A stretch of 44,976 nt of DNA, taken from the IMG/VR virus record IMGVR_UViG_3300048851_000200, positions 1 through 44,976 of that record. The stretch is one strand, 5' to 3'. The notes under the pieces were generated by a model that saw only the letters and a program-made list of their open reading frames with translations, was not told the origin of the DNA and did no database searches. This document shows, one piece after another, positions 7,665-17,024 of the stretch. The position numbers and the translations under genes are program-made. The stretch is from a virus. Lineage: Duplodnaviria; Caudoviricetes. Every line of letters begins with the position of its first letter. Position 1 is the stretch's first letter.

Positions 7665-7990
7665 GGCTTCTCCTCGAGTCGTGGACATTCGAGGTAACGA
7701 CATTTCGCAGTCGCAGCGAATTAAGAGATTGTCATAGCGGTTAACGGTCACAGCCCGAACCGAGAAGCTCACAGGGTATCGCCTCAGTTCCTACAGGTGG
7801 CGGCATACATCCATAGTGCAGCGGCGGCGGGTGTCAGTCCCGCAACTTCTCGATCATACCCCGGTCATCGCAGTAGGAATGGTTCCAGCCGCTACAGTCC
7901 TCGGTGAGCCTGCAGCGCGTTCCTTGCTCAGGCAGCGCGCAACGAGATCACTGGCGCCCATCACTGAGCGCAGCGCGGCTCACTTACCGC

Positions 7991-8119
7991 CTAAAGCAGC
8001 CCGGCAGACCAGAGTGAACCAGCGAAAAACAAGAGAGCGGGAACTGCCAAAAGCCCTGCTGCCCAATCCCAGTTGTCCGCTTCATCGCTGCGCCACTCAG
8101 CGCTAATCCAGTCGCGCAT
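7991..8119 (-). CDS. Small single-TM protein (42 aa), not in the ORF track
   Basis: GGAG RBS, then MRDWISAEWRSDEADNWDWAAGLLAVPALLFFAGSLWSAGLL-stop. Confidence 0.55.
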   Translation of the reverse strand: MRDWISAEWRSDEADNWDWAAGLLAVPALLFFAGSLWSAGLL

Positions 8120-8330
8120 CCTACTTCTCCATCCATGGCGACTTGAGTCGCTCTAGTAGGGAGAGTCGAACCGCTAGACGGGAAATGTCAAGCCTGCCAC
8201 CTCCTCCCTGACAGTCTCGTCACCTGGCTCGCCGCACCTCACCGCCACCAAACCAGATTGCAAAGTTCCGGCCGAAAGATGTTGATCGCCTCGCAGTCCG
8301 ATACAAGCCGGGCCTTTGAAGCGGCTCAAC

Positions 8331-9002
8331 TTACAATGCCGCCCGCGCCAGCTTCGTGTGATAGTCGAACTGGCGAAACCCCGTGCCGTTGTAGCCGCGC
8401 ACGAACGGGATGCAGCTGTCAGCATCACCCGGCCGGCACGCGCGCAGATCGTCCTCGAGGCGCTTCATCCGCACGAACCGAACGAAGCAGTCGAGGTGCG
8501 CGGCCTCGCTGGCCGTGAGTGCCTCGGCCATGTCGAAAGCGGAGCCGTAGCCCATGCCTTGCGCATTCTCGCCCAGCACCTGAAACGCGCCCCAGGAGCA
8601 TGACTGCAGCGCCGCATCGGGATCGAGAGCACAGGCCTGCACCATCTTGCCGTACTGGCCGGCGAAGGAGCCGTAGCCACCCGGGCCGTACGGCGGCCCG
8701 GATAGGCTTGGTGCGGTGCTGTCGAAGCGCCCGCCCGAGTGCTCGCTGAACTTGTGGCGCTCGAACAGGATCGAAGGCCGACCGTTCGCATCGAAGGCAC
8801 CGCGCGGCGCCTCGACCTTGCGGACGGCGCGGATGATAGCGACCGGTGCTGCGAGGTCATCAGCGGCGCGCTGGAGGTCCGCAGCCGTCAGCGCGGGAGC
8901 CTTGGCGTTGGTCAGCACGGCAAGCAGCCGCGCAGCGCTTTTCGGGCCGAACACGCCGTCGGCCACAGCGCCTATGCGGCGCTGCAGATCCTTGATGTCC
9001 AT
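8331..9002 (-). CDS. Endolysin, N-acetylmuramidase (DUF3380-type) with short peptidoglycan-binding N-terminus
   Basis: LQRRIG..ADGVFGP, AVRKVE, ILFERHKF, SWGAFQVLG.N and GYNG motifs. Confidence 0.92.
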   Translation of the reverse strand: MDIKDLQRRIGAVADGVFGPKSAARLLAVLTNAKAPALTAADLQRAADDLAAPVAIIRAVRKVEAPRGAFDANGRPSILFERHKFSEHSGGRFDSTAPSLSGPPYGPGGYGSFAGQYGKMVQACALDPDAALQSCSWGAFQVLGENAQGMGYGSAFDMAEALTASEAAHLDCFVRFVRMKRLEDDLRACRPGDADSCIPFVRGYNGTGFRQFDYHTKLARAAL

Positions 9003-9033
9003 CGGTGATCCTTCGATGAGAGCGCATACGCGC

Positions 9034-9426
9034 TCAGGGCTTGGTGCCGGTGCCCAGGAAGGCGTCGAGCGCGGCCTTGGCGCGCCCCATGACGGCGCTC
9101 TTGGCGAAACCGATCAGGGTTGCGCCGGCAGCGCCGACGCCGATGCCGGTGATCCCGGCGGCGAGCAGGTCCAGCTGGTGAGCCTGCACCCACAGCACGG
9201 TCACCAGCAGGCAGAGCGCGCTAATGGCGAGATCGAGAGCCCATTGGCCTTTGGTCTGCGCTTGAAGGCCAATCACGACGCGGGTGATGATCACCGCCAT
9301 GATGCAAACCACCATCGGGCCGGCCGGGAAAGGATAGCCAACGATCCACCAGACCACGGGCTCACGAGTTACGACAGCGCCCATGGTAGCGGCCCCCAGA
9401 ACGGCGAGTGCCCTTACCGCAGGCAT
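9034..9426 (-). CDS. Multi-TM membrane protein, probable holin
   Basis: 3-4 hydrophobic segments, directly upstream of the endolysin; ATG 9426. Confidence 0.6.
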   Translation of the reverse strand: MPAVRALAVLGAATMGAVVTREPVVWWIVGYPFPAGPMVVCIMAVIITRVVIGLQAQTKGQWALDLAISALCLLVTVLWVQAHQLDLLAAGITGIGVGAAGATLIGFAKSAVMGRAKAALDAFLGTGTKP

Positions 9427-10004
9427 ACGGCTGCCAGTGCAGCTGTGAAACTCAGGACGACGACGGCAACGGCACGCACCAGCGCGGGCCAGCGGCTCCA
9501 CATATCGACCTTCGGCATGTGCTTGCGCACCGCATTGATCTCACCTGGCAGCGGTAGCTTGCGCAGCTGATGCTCGACGCCAGGCTCGCCGAGGACGGCC
9601 AGGCCCATCCAGACCAAGCCGCAGCCAAGAGCGATCGGGTCGATCCAGCGCTTGGCCATGACGACGCGAGCTGTCGTCGTAGGATCGCCCGGGTTCCATC
9701 CCCATAGCTCCATCGCACTGGCGCCGCAGCGTAGCGTCAGCCCCATCGCCGCGAAGAACAGGATCACCCTGTAGATCGTCACAGGGTGCTTCGGATGATC
9801 GAAGAAGCGTTGCTTCCAGATGCGCTCGGCTTGCTTGCCGACCATCATGGCGCCCAGGAACGTCATCGCCGTCATCAGGAAGAGGTTGAAGATGAACAGA
9901 GACGGGTCGCCGTTGAAGCTGGGAGGCATGGCCGTGCGCCCAACTTCCACCGAGCGCGCCGCGAGACTGTTCGCCGCATCAGCGAGGATCACCAGGGTGG
10001 TCAT
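9414..10004 (-). CDS. Multi-TM membrane protein of the lysis cassette (holin/antiholin-like)
   Basis: About 4 hydrophobic segments; GGAG RBS before ATG 10004; overlaps the next lysis gene. Confidence 0.6.
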   Translation of the reverse strand: MTTLVILADAANSLAARSVEVGRTAMPPSFNGDPSLFIFNLFLMTAMTFLGAMMVGKQAERIWKQRFFDHPKHPVTIYRVILFFAAMGLTLRCGASAMELWGWNPGDPTTTARVVMAKRWIDPIALGCGLVWMGLAVLGEPGVEHQLRKLPLPGEINAVRKHMPKVDMWSRWPALVRAVAVVVLSFTAALAAVCLR

Positions 10005-10179
10005 AGCCACGACTCCGAGCTTGTCACGTAGGCCACGAGGATCATCAGCTAGGCTCCCGGGCGAACATGGCAGGCGTTGTTCATCGGGCCTGTGACAGCC
10101 CGGCGCGCGTCGAGAAAGCGCTTCGATTGCTCGCTGCGTTGCAGCATGATAGGGAGAACTCCTCATTCAGGGGGCCGCA

Positions 10180-11319
10180 GTGAAACAGTTATTCCAACGA
10201 ACATTTGGTTCGGACCTCGAAGCGTCGGGTGGACGCCCGACCGGCTTTGACTACTTGCGCGTGAGCTTAGCGCTGGCGGTAATCGTGCTGCATGCGCCAG
10301 GCATCTGCTTGGGGCCGAAGGAGTCGGGTGCGCTTTATCGAGCGTTGGGATTTCACTCGGTCTCGATGATTGTCTTGCCGATGTTCTTCGCGCTCAGCGG
10401 CTTTCTAGTATCAGGAAGCCTGGAGCGGTCCCGTACACTTGTGAAGTTCCTGGGGCTCAGAGCGATCCGGATCTACCCCGCCCTTGTGGTAGAGGTGTTC
10501 TTGTCCGCGCTGCTGCTCGGCCCGGCATTCACAACTTTACCGCTCGACGAGTATTTTCATAACCATGTATTCTTACGTTACCTGGTAAATGTCACCGGAC
10601 ACATCAGCTTTCTTCTGCCGGGTGTCTTTGAGCATAATCCAAACCCAGGGCTGGTGAACTACCAGCTTTGGACGGTGAAATGGGAACTCTTCTGCTACAT
10701 GGCGATCAGCATCGCCCTTCTCATCGGCGCTATCCGGCGCCCTTGGCTGATGCTCGGCGTGCCGATCGTTCACGCTGCGCTCGCTTGGTACTGGTGGGAC
10801 ACGGTACCGTACTTTGCCGGTCACGTGGAGGGGATGCAGCTTATCTTCTGCTTCCTCTACGGCGTCATGGCGTTCCAATTCCGCCGATTTATCCCGAACT
10901 CACCGGCACTGGCGGTCTGCGCCGCCGTGGGTGCCCTTGTGCTGTTTGAAGTCCCTCACGGTGAATACCTGGCAGTGATCCTGGCCGTATACCTGACCGT
11001 ATCTCTTGGCCTCACGAACTTCCGCAAGGCGCGTATCTTACGAGGCGCGGATTACTCCTATGGAGTGTACCTTTACGGGTGGCCGATCCAGCAAGCGCTT
11101 GTCACGTTCAAGCCGACGAGCGGAATGCTTGTGAATACAATCCTCGCGATCATTATCACTTCCTTCTTCGCTGCATTCTCATGGCACGTCGTTGAGAAGC
11201 CAGCATTGAAGGCCCGCGTACCGCTTGGACATCTCGAAGCGTGGTGGCTGCAAAAACGAAGCGCACTACTTGCCGCCGTAGGCCTTAGCGGAAGGCGGCA
11301 AGTAGCATCATCGGTTTAA
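10180..11319 (+). CDS. Acyltransferase family 3 (OafA/Oac-like) polysaccharide O-acyltransferase moron
   Basis: GFDYLR..LA..V..H, FFALSGFLV, RAIRIYP, LWT..WE..CY, SYGVYLYGWP and SWHVVEKP motifs; about 10 TM segments; opposite strand to the late operon. Confidence 0.92.
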   Translation: MKQLFQRTFGSDLEASGGRPTGFDYLRVSLALAVIVLHAPGICLGPKESGALYRALGFHSVSMIVLPMFFALSGFLVSGSLERSRTLVKFLGLRAIRIYPALVVEVFLSALLLGPAFTTLPLDEYFHNHVFLRYLVNVTGHISFLLPGVFEHNPNPGLVNYQLWTVKWELFCYMAISIALLIGAIRRPWLMLGVPIVHAALAWYWWDTVPYFAGHVEGMQLIFCFLYGVMAFQFRRFIPNSPALAVCAAVGALVLFEVPHGEYLAVILAVYLTVSLGLTNFRKARILRGADYSYGVYLYGWPIQQALVTFKPTSGMLVNTILAIIITSFFAAFSWHVVEKPALKARVPLGHLEAWWLQKRSALLAAVGLSGRRQVASSV

Positions 11320-11321
11320 CT

Positions 11322-11338
11322 GGGCAGCGGCGCTGCCC
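11322..11338. terminator. Short GC hairpin between convergent genes
   Basis: GGGCAGC-GGC-GCTGCCC between the two stop codons. Confidence 0.4.
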
Positions 11339-11346
11339 GCTATGCA

Positions 11347-13815
11347 TCAGGCGAGTGTCGCCGGATTGGTGAAGGTCTCGGTGGCTGCCTCATAGCGCCC
11401 CCCAGTTCCGGTCGCTGCCGACCACTGTGCAGCATCGAGCGCGTCCACAGTTGCGAAATCCCGACCGGAGACGGTCAGATCCTCCAGGTAGATGCGGTAG
11501 AGGATGGCAGAGCGGGACTTATGCAGCGAGGCCGAGCCGTTGACCATGTTGCCGATGTTCCACAAGTGCGCGCAAACGTCCGGAGATGCGGTAGGGGCGG
11601 CCTGGGAGAAGCCCGTAGCCGCAAGTCCCCATCGGCGATTTCCAACAGGCTGTGGCAGGGCTGGGTTGGCGTTGGAGGCTACGGAGTTTCCATTGTTCTG
11701 ATAACGGCTTTGCTTCACCAGAATATCACCTGCACCGCCCGCGGCGCTGTAGATGATCGAGTTGATTGAGTCCGTCGCCGTCTCCAGCAGCGTGCAACGC
11801 TCCCAGACCCACAGCCCGTATCGATGGGTCGGATTGGCGGAAATGTATTGGGTAAGCCTGGTGCTCTTGCCTCGCTCGCCGACGAAGAGGCCGTGCCCGT
11901 CCGCGTCGTTTGCACGCGACATGATAACGTGCAAGCCGCCCTTGGCACTGCGCTCCAGCTTGGCCTCGGGGGTTGCGCCCGTGGTCACCAGGTTAGTGCC
12001 GACCCGCCCATTCCACTCTGCGGCCGAGTTTCCGCCTGCCAGAACAATCGCCTCGTTGAAGGCGATGTTCGGGATGGCCATGCTGTCGGTCGGAGCACCT
12101 ACGATAGCCGCCGGATTATTCGGGTGGCTCATGTCTCCCAGGAAGATCGAGCCATTCGTCAGAACGGGATCGAGGCCATTGCCGGGCGCCGCCGGAACCG
12201 GGATCGGCCCGTTGGTGATATTGGTGAAGGTCGTGCGAACGCTGCCATCGCGAACTGCGTTGCTCCACGAGTAAGCAGCAGCGTAGTTCGCCTTGGCCTG
12301 GACATTGCTGAATTGAGCGTCCTGCAAGACCGCAGTGATCTGGACTGCGATCGGTGCACTATCTGCCACTACATTATCGACTGTGATGTTTCGCAAGGCA
12401 CCCACGGCCGGCACGTAAGTGCTGAATGTGCCGATGTTGACACACTTGTCACCTCCGGTCTGATGAATATTGCGGATTGTGATGTCGTGCAGGGAGGTGC
12501 CGAGCTGGCCACTCGTAAATGCGCGCACATTGTTGCCGCTGTGGGCATGTCCGGAAACGCCGTCGATCACGATGTCGAATGTGTCGTCACCAAGTGGGTT
12601 TGAGGCATACCCGAGCGGGATCATTGGGTAAGGCGAACCATCTTCGAACGGAACCGCCGCGCAGACGGCAACGATGTCGTCTTGCGTGTCGCCGACGATA
12701 CGCTCGATCCGGCCAGCAGAACACCCGTTTCGAACGTCGATGCCGTCGCCGTTGGGCACCGCCGACTTCACTGCGAGATCGTGAATGTAGAAGTTCTTCA
12801 CGCCATGGCTGAGCGTGATGGACCAGGCACGCGGTTTGTCCGACGTGAACCCCGAGATCTCCAGGCCGTCCACGTTCGTCATCGTGATGTTGCAGGTGCG
12901 CCAGCCATAATCGTCGCCCACCCACGGCACCGCGGTACCGCCATTGACCGGATGCGGCGCGCTATATGGCACGTCCGGACCCTCGATCTTGGCGCCATTT
13001 ATGCCGATGATTTTGATGTTCTTGTTCTGCGTTACAGAGAGAACCTTGCCATTCGGATTTGCGGGATCGGGCTTGATGCCATCGTTGCGGATCACATTGT
13101 CAAACACGCCGTCCGCGCTCTTGAGGGTCGAGCCATTGAGCAACAGCGTCATATTGTCGCCGAGCTGGATGGCCTCCGTAATAACCCACTTGCTGGTGTT
13201 GGGAATGGTCGCGGTGTCCAGCGCCAGATTAAGCTGAGTAGGCAGGCCGACTGCAGCCTTCATGGCTGCAAGGGCATTCTTGATGCGAGCGGTTTGGGTC
13301 GCTCCTTCAAAGGCGTTGGGGCTGAACTCGATCGTTTGCACGGGATCTGACGGGGTATCATCTGAGTCGCTGCTGAGCGCCCGAATGACTGCCGTGTTGA
13401 TCTCGATTGTAGGGGTGACGGTGATCATGGAGTCAGCGTTGCCGACGCTCTCGGGAAAGCCGAACACACGGGCTTGAAAGTAGCGCTTGCTTCGATCCGG
13501 GTAGGTCACCCGAACAGCGTACAGCGCCGAGTTCGACGGCTCTGCTGCAACGCGCAGAAGCGCCTGACCGGCATCGGCACTATCGAGCGCTATGGTCGGC
13601 TGCAACGAGCCGTAATCCGTCGAGCCCTTGCGCTTCTGCTTGGGGCCCTTGAGCGGCTGAAACTCGGCCTTGCTCGTGTTCGCGCCGATGGTCCCGATCT
13701 GCTCCACTCCAGCGATCTCGACGTAAGCCAGACCCGAGTAGCCGAAGATGCTTTGGGCCATCGGGTAACCAGCCGAGATGGCGATTGCCGTACCTGCGGC
13801 GGTGGTCGTGCTCAT
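11347..13815 (-). CDS. Tail-tube-domain / GH28-like beta-helix depolymerase fusion protein
   Basis: Residues 1-141 align without gaps to the 23629-24078 product; the central region has beta-helix periodicity with NGDGID and QDD motifs; an additional C-terminal domain follows. Confidence 0.85.
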   Translation of the reverse strand: MSTTTAAGTAIAISAGYPMAQSIFGYSGLAYVEIAGVEQIGTIGANTSKAEFQPLKGPKQKRKGSTDYGSLQPTIALDSADAGQALLRVAAEPSNSALYAVRVTYPDRSKRYFQARVFGFPESVGNADSMITVTPTIEINTAVIRALSSDSDDTPSDPVQTIEFSPNAFEGATQTARIKNALAAMKAAVGLPTQLNLALDTATIPNTSKWVITEAIQLGDNMTLLLNGSTLKSADGVFDNVIRNDGIKPDPANPNGKVLSVTQNKNIKIIGINGAKIEGPDVPYSAPHPVNGGTAVPWVGDDYGWRTCNITMTNVDGLEISGFTSDKPRAWSITLSHGVKNFYIHDLAVKSAVPNGDGIDVRNGCSAGRIERIVGDTQDDIVAVCAAVPFEDGSPYPMIPLGYASNPLGDDTFDIVIDGVSGHAHSGNNVRAFTSGQLGTSLHDITIRNIHQTGGDKCVNIGTFSTYVPAVGALRNITVDNVVADSAPIAVQITAVLQDAQFSNVQAKANYAAAYSWSNAVRDGSVRTTFTNITNGPIPVPAAPGNGLDPVLTNGSIFLGDMSHPNNPAAIVGAPTDSMAIPNIAFNEAIVLAGGNSAAEWNGRVGTNLVTTGATPEAKLERSAKGGLHVIMSRANDADGHGLFVGERGKSTRLTQYISANPTHRYGLWVWERCTLLETATDSINSIIYSAAGGAGDILVKQSRYQNNGNSVASNANPALPQPVGNRRWGLAATGFSQAAPTASPDVCAHLWNIGNMVNGSASLHKSRSAILYRIYLEDLTVSGRDFATVDALDAAQWSAATGTGGRYEAATETFTNPATLA

Positions 13816-13847
13816 GGTTCAGTCTGCCTTTCTCGGGTTGGTGGGCG

Positions 13848-14102
13848 TCAGACGACGGCTGCGGATTGCGCGCCGAGGAACACCAGCTGGTCGGGCGGCA
13901 CGGTAAAATTGGCCGCTTGCCCTGCCTCGGTCAGCTTCATCGTCATGGATTGTAGGTCGAGCTGCAGGAGCGTGAGATCGTAGCTGCCCAGGATCGCGCC
14001 GACCTGGCCGCTGGCGAGGTGCGCGAGCAGCTCCTGCGGTTCCGTTATCTTCACCGAAGCGACCAGGTTGCCGGTCGCCTTGTTGTAGAGCGTCGCGAGC
14101 AT
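13848..14102 (-). CDS. Small hypothetical tail-associated protein
   Basis: Co-directional, 3 bp after the tail tip gene stop. Confidence 0.7.
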   Translation of the reverse strand: MLATLYNKATGNLVASVKITEPQELLAHLASGQVGAILGSYDLTLLQLDLQSMTMKLTEAGQAANFTVPPDQLVFLGAQSAAVV

Positions 14103-14105
14103 GGC

Positions 14106-17024
14106 CTACCTCTTCCTCAGATCTGCGGTGAGCAGCGCGTTGTACATGTGGATGTCCTCGGCTTGGCCGCCGGTGTAGAATTCCTTGGCGGTCTGCAGGA
14201 CGTAGGTGTTCACCGCGTTCGCGATCGGCGCCTCATCGATGACCCGCAGCGCCACCTGCCCACCAAGCTCCTGCGCGGGCACGAACACCTTCCCGTCGTG
14301 GCGCACGATGCGCGCGGCGGCAGCCCACCCGATCGAGCCCTCTTGCGTGCCGCTTGAGTAGAACACGTCGAGCAAGATGATCCCGCCGGTATCCGGCACC
14401 GACGATGCGACCTGCACCCGGGCACCGCCCATGTAGAGGTCCGTCCAATCCGTCGTGGCGCTGGTGGCGGAAGCGGTCGACGAGAAGAAGTAGTTGATCG
14501 ACGAAGCCGCGTTCGGTGCGAGCTTGCCCGTGGTAATCGACTCGCTGACGAGAAGATTGCCCACGATCTCGACGTCACCAGTCAGGCGAATGCCCGAGAT
14601 CACTTGGCCGTCTTGCGTGTAGGCGAAGATGGCGACCTCTGCACGACCATCCCCGGCCATCGCGGCCAGCGTCAGGCTTGCCCCCGCGACGCGGCTATAT
14701 GCATCTGCCGCGACGTTCTCGACGACGCTGGTGCGGGCCATCAGCCCGCCTGGGCCTCCGACCGACGCTTCAAGGTTGGTCGCGCGCTGGGCAACCGCCT
14801 GGTTATCGGCCGCAGCTGCCTGAGAGACCTCCTCGATGCGGGCGACGGCAGTCGGCACGACACCGCCTGGCGCGAACTTGGCCTCGACAGTTTCGACCCG
14901 CTCCGCCACGGCGTTCGTATCCGACGCCGCGGCTAGCCGGTTATCCTCGATCTGCGCCGTGGCGCTGGAAAGTCCTGCGCCGCCACCGACCGGGCGATAG
15001 TTGCTTGGGACCGTCTGCTCGGCACTTGCGAGCGCGAGCATCGGTCGCAGCATGAAGGCCCAGCTGAGATTGCCCGCCTCGTTCGCGAGGTATGGCCCCT
15101 TGTCGAGCACGAAGCGAACCGACGTAGCACCGATCCCCGCCGGCACCTGCTGCTTGCACCAGAGCCGGCTGAACGCGTCGAGGCTGCTCGCGCCAGTGAA
15201 CGGCGGGCCGACCCGGTCGCTCTGCGCGCCTTCCTGGAGGAAGTTGCCAGCACCATCGCCCCACTGCATCCTGATGCGGGCAACGCACTCGCGGGCCGCA
15301 AGCCAAGCCGAGATCTGCAACCACTGGCCGGCCTGGACCGCCACCCAATCGCTGACGAGCGCGGCGCTGCGATCACCGTTCGGCTCAAGGCAGAGCAGGC
15401 CTTGGTAGTGCTCCCCGGGAACGACGAAGCCGGCATTGTCCACGCCCCAGAAGAACGAGGCGGGCGTTTCCGAGACCAAGCCCCAGCCCGGCACCAGGCC
15501 ATTGACCTTACCGCTGGCGAAGTCGCTGTTGGACAGCAGGTTGCCGCCGATCTCTGCAGCGGCGACGCGCTGGATCTCCTGCGCGACCGTAGCGCCCTCG
15601 GGGATCTCGCCAATCGTCGCCAGCAGCCCCGAGGTCAGCTCTTGCACGGCCGCCAGCCCGTCCGACACCTGGTTGCCAGTCGAACTGCCGACCGGGCTGT
15701 TGCCGGGGGCGCCGACGGTGGCATTGTCCTCCGGCTTCGTTCCGTCCGGATCGGCGATGTCAGGCCAGTTGACCATCGCGCCTAGCGGCTCGACCTTGCC
15801 GGCAGTGCTCAGGCCCTCGATCGACAGCGATAGCTTGCTGACGGCCGAGCCGACCTCGATCGAGAAATCCTTGAAGAAGCCGAACACCGTCAGGGCGTCC
15901 AGTTCGCCGTCGGCGATCCACAGCGCCGGCCGGGCTCGCACCGCAGCGATCCGGCCTGCGACCGTGTCGATCGCCGCGGTGTCGATCAGCGCCTTGGCGC
16001 TCATGCGCTTGGCCCATGCCCGCTCGACGATCGTCACCTCGCCGAAGTCGTCGATATCCTTCTTGCTGTAGTCGGTGATCCCGGCCGTCGGCGACGCCTC
16101 GGTGTTGCCCAAGGCCACCAGGTTGCCGATCATCAGCGTACCGACGGACACAGCGCCTGCGCCGGTGATCGTGACGACAGCTGAGTCGGTGGTCGATGGA
16201 ATGTCCAGGAAGGTGACCGAGCCGCCTGCGTTTGGCTCCTTGGTCTGGTCGTAGGAATTGGCGATCTGAACTCGTACGCTCTCGGCCGCGACGTCAAGCA
16301 GCGCCAGCGCGTCGATCGTGCCGTTCTGCACCTCGACGACGATCGACCCGTTGGCCGTGGTCACCGAACCGAGCGCCTGGTCGAACATGGCCCAGCGGTT
16401 CGTCGGCCCGATGTCGGTCCACTTGCCCGAGACGCCGAGCGGATCGTTGCCCTGGTTGGCGTCCGCAGCACTCTCGTAGATCCGGTGCGCGCCGCCTTTG
16501 ATGACGCGTGCCCCGAGCGGATAGGCAAGCCCGCCGTCCCACTCGGGGTAGTCGCTCTCGTCCACGCTGCTTGCGATCAGGGCCGGACCGGCGATCTCCG
16601 CAGGCTGCAACAGTTGCAAGGTCGAGACGCTGCCCGCCGGGGCCGGGTCGCCGCCCGGATCGTCGAAGGGCTCGGCTGCGGCGAGCCCGTCGATCGTCAG
16701 CGTGCAGAAGCTCGCTGGCGGCACGGCGAGGTCGATCTCGAACTCTTTGTAGAACCCCCGGAAGCCGAGCCAGGCGAACCGCTCGTCAGCGATCCAGTGC
16801 GCGGGCGTGGCGCGTAGGGCCGCAAGCCGGATCTGCAGCGCGTCGACGTCGTCGGTCGGCATTAGGAGCCGTACCGACATGCGCCGGGCGAAATTGCGCG
16901 GTACGACGGTGGTGACGCCGAAGTCGTCCGTCACGCGCCGGCTGTAGTCGGTGATCCCGATCGTCGGCGTCTCTTCCGTGGCGCCGAGCTCGATGACCTC
17001 GCCGTTATCGAGTTCGACCCTCAC
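14106..17024 (-). CDS. Large tail tip / host-specificity protein with an internally duplicated domain and carbohydrate-binding-like modules
   Basis: Overlaps the tape measure stop; two copies of an ITDYS..DDFG..RMS..WIAD..GF.K.F.I domain; NLLSNSDF CBM-like start; coiled-coil segment. Confidence 0.8.
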   Translation of the reverse strand: MRVELDNGEVIELGATEETPTIGITDYSRRVTDDFGVTTVVPRNFARRMSVRLLMPTDDVDALQIRLAALRATPAHWIADERFAWLGFRGFYKEFEIDLAVPPASFCTLTIDGLAAAEPFDDPGGDPAPAGSVSTLQLLQPAEIAGPALIASSVDESDYPEWDGGLAYPLGARVIKGGAHRIYESAADANQGNDPLGVSGKWTDIGPTNRWAMFDQALGSVTTANGSIVVEVQNGTIDALALLDVAAESVRVQIANSYDQTKEPNAGGSVTFLDIPSTTDSAVVTITGAGAVSVGTLMIGNLVALGNTEASPTAGITDYSKKDIDDFGEVTIVERAWAKRMSAKALIDTAAIDTVAGRIAAVRARPALWIADGELDALTVFGFFKDFSIEVGSAVSKLSLSIEGLSTAGKVEPLGAMVNWPDIADPDGTKPEDNATVGAPGNSPVGSSTGNQVSDGLAAVQELTSGLLATIGEIPEGATVAQEIQRVAAAEIGGNLLSNSDFASGKVNGLVPGWGLVSETPASFFWGVDNAGFVVPGEHYQGLLCLEPNGDRSAALVSDWVAVQAGQWLQISAWLAARECVARIRMQWGDGAGNFLQEGAQSDRVGPPFTGASSLDAFSRLWCKQQVPAGIGATSVRFVLDKGPYLANEAGNLSWAFMLRPMLALASAEQTVPSNYRPVGGGAGLSSATAQIEDNRLAAASDTNAVAERVETVEAKFAPGGVVPTAVARIEEVSQAAAADNQAVAQRATNLEASVGGPGGLMARTSVVENVAADAYSRVAGASLTLAAMAGDGRAEVAIFAYTQDGQVISGIRLTGDVEIVGNLLVSESITTGKLAPNAASSINYFFSSTASATSATTDWTDLYMGGARVQVASSVPDTGGIILLDVFYSSGTQEGSIGWAAAARIVRHDGKVFVPAQELGGQVALRVIDEAPIANAVNTYVLQTAKEFYTGGQAEDIHMYNALLTADLRKR

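Noticed and set aside
7721-7744. Possible CtrA box upstream of the LuxR-type gene
   Set aside because: The TTAA half-sites are 16 bp apart, not the required 7.
7816-8106. 96-aa plus-strand ORF
   Set aside because: No clear RBS or motif; it overlaps the better-supported 42-aa minus-strand membrane ORF.
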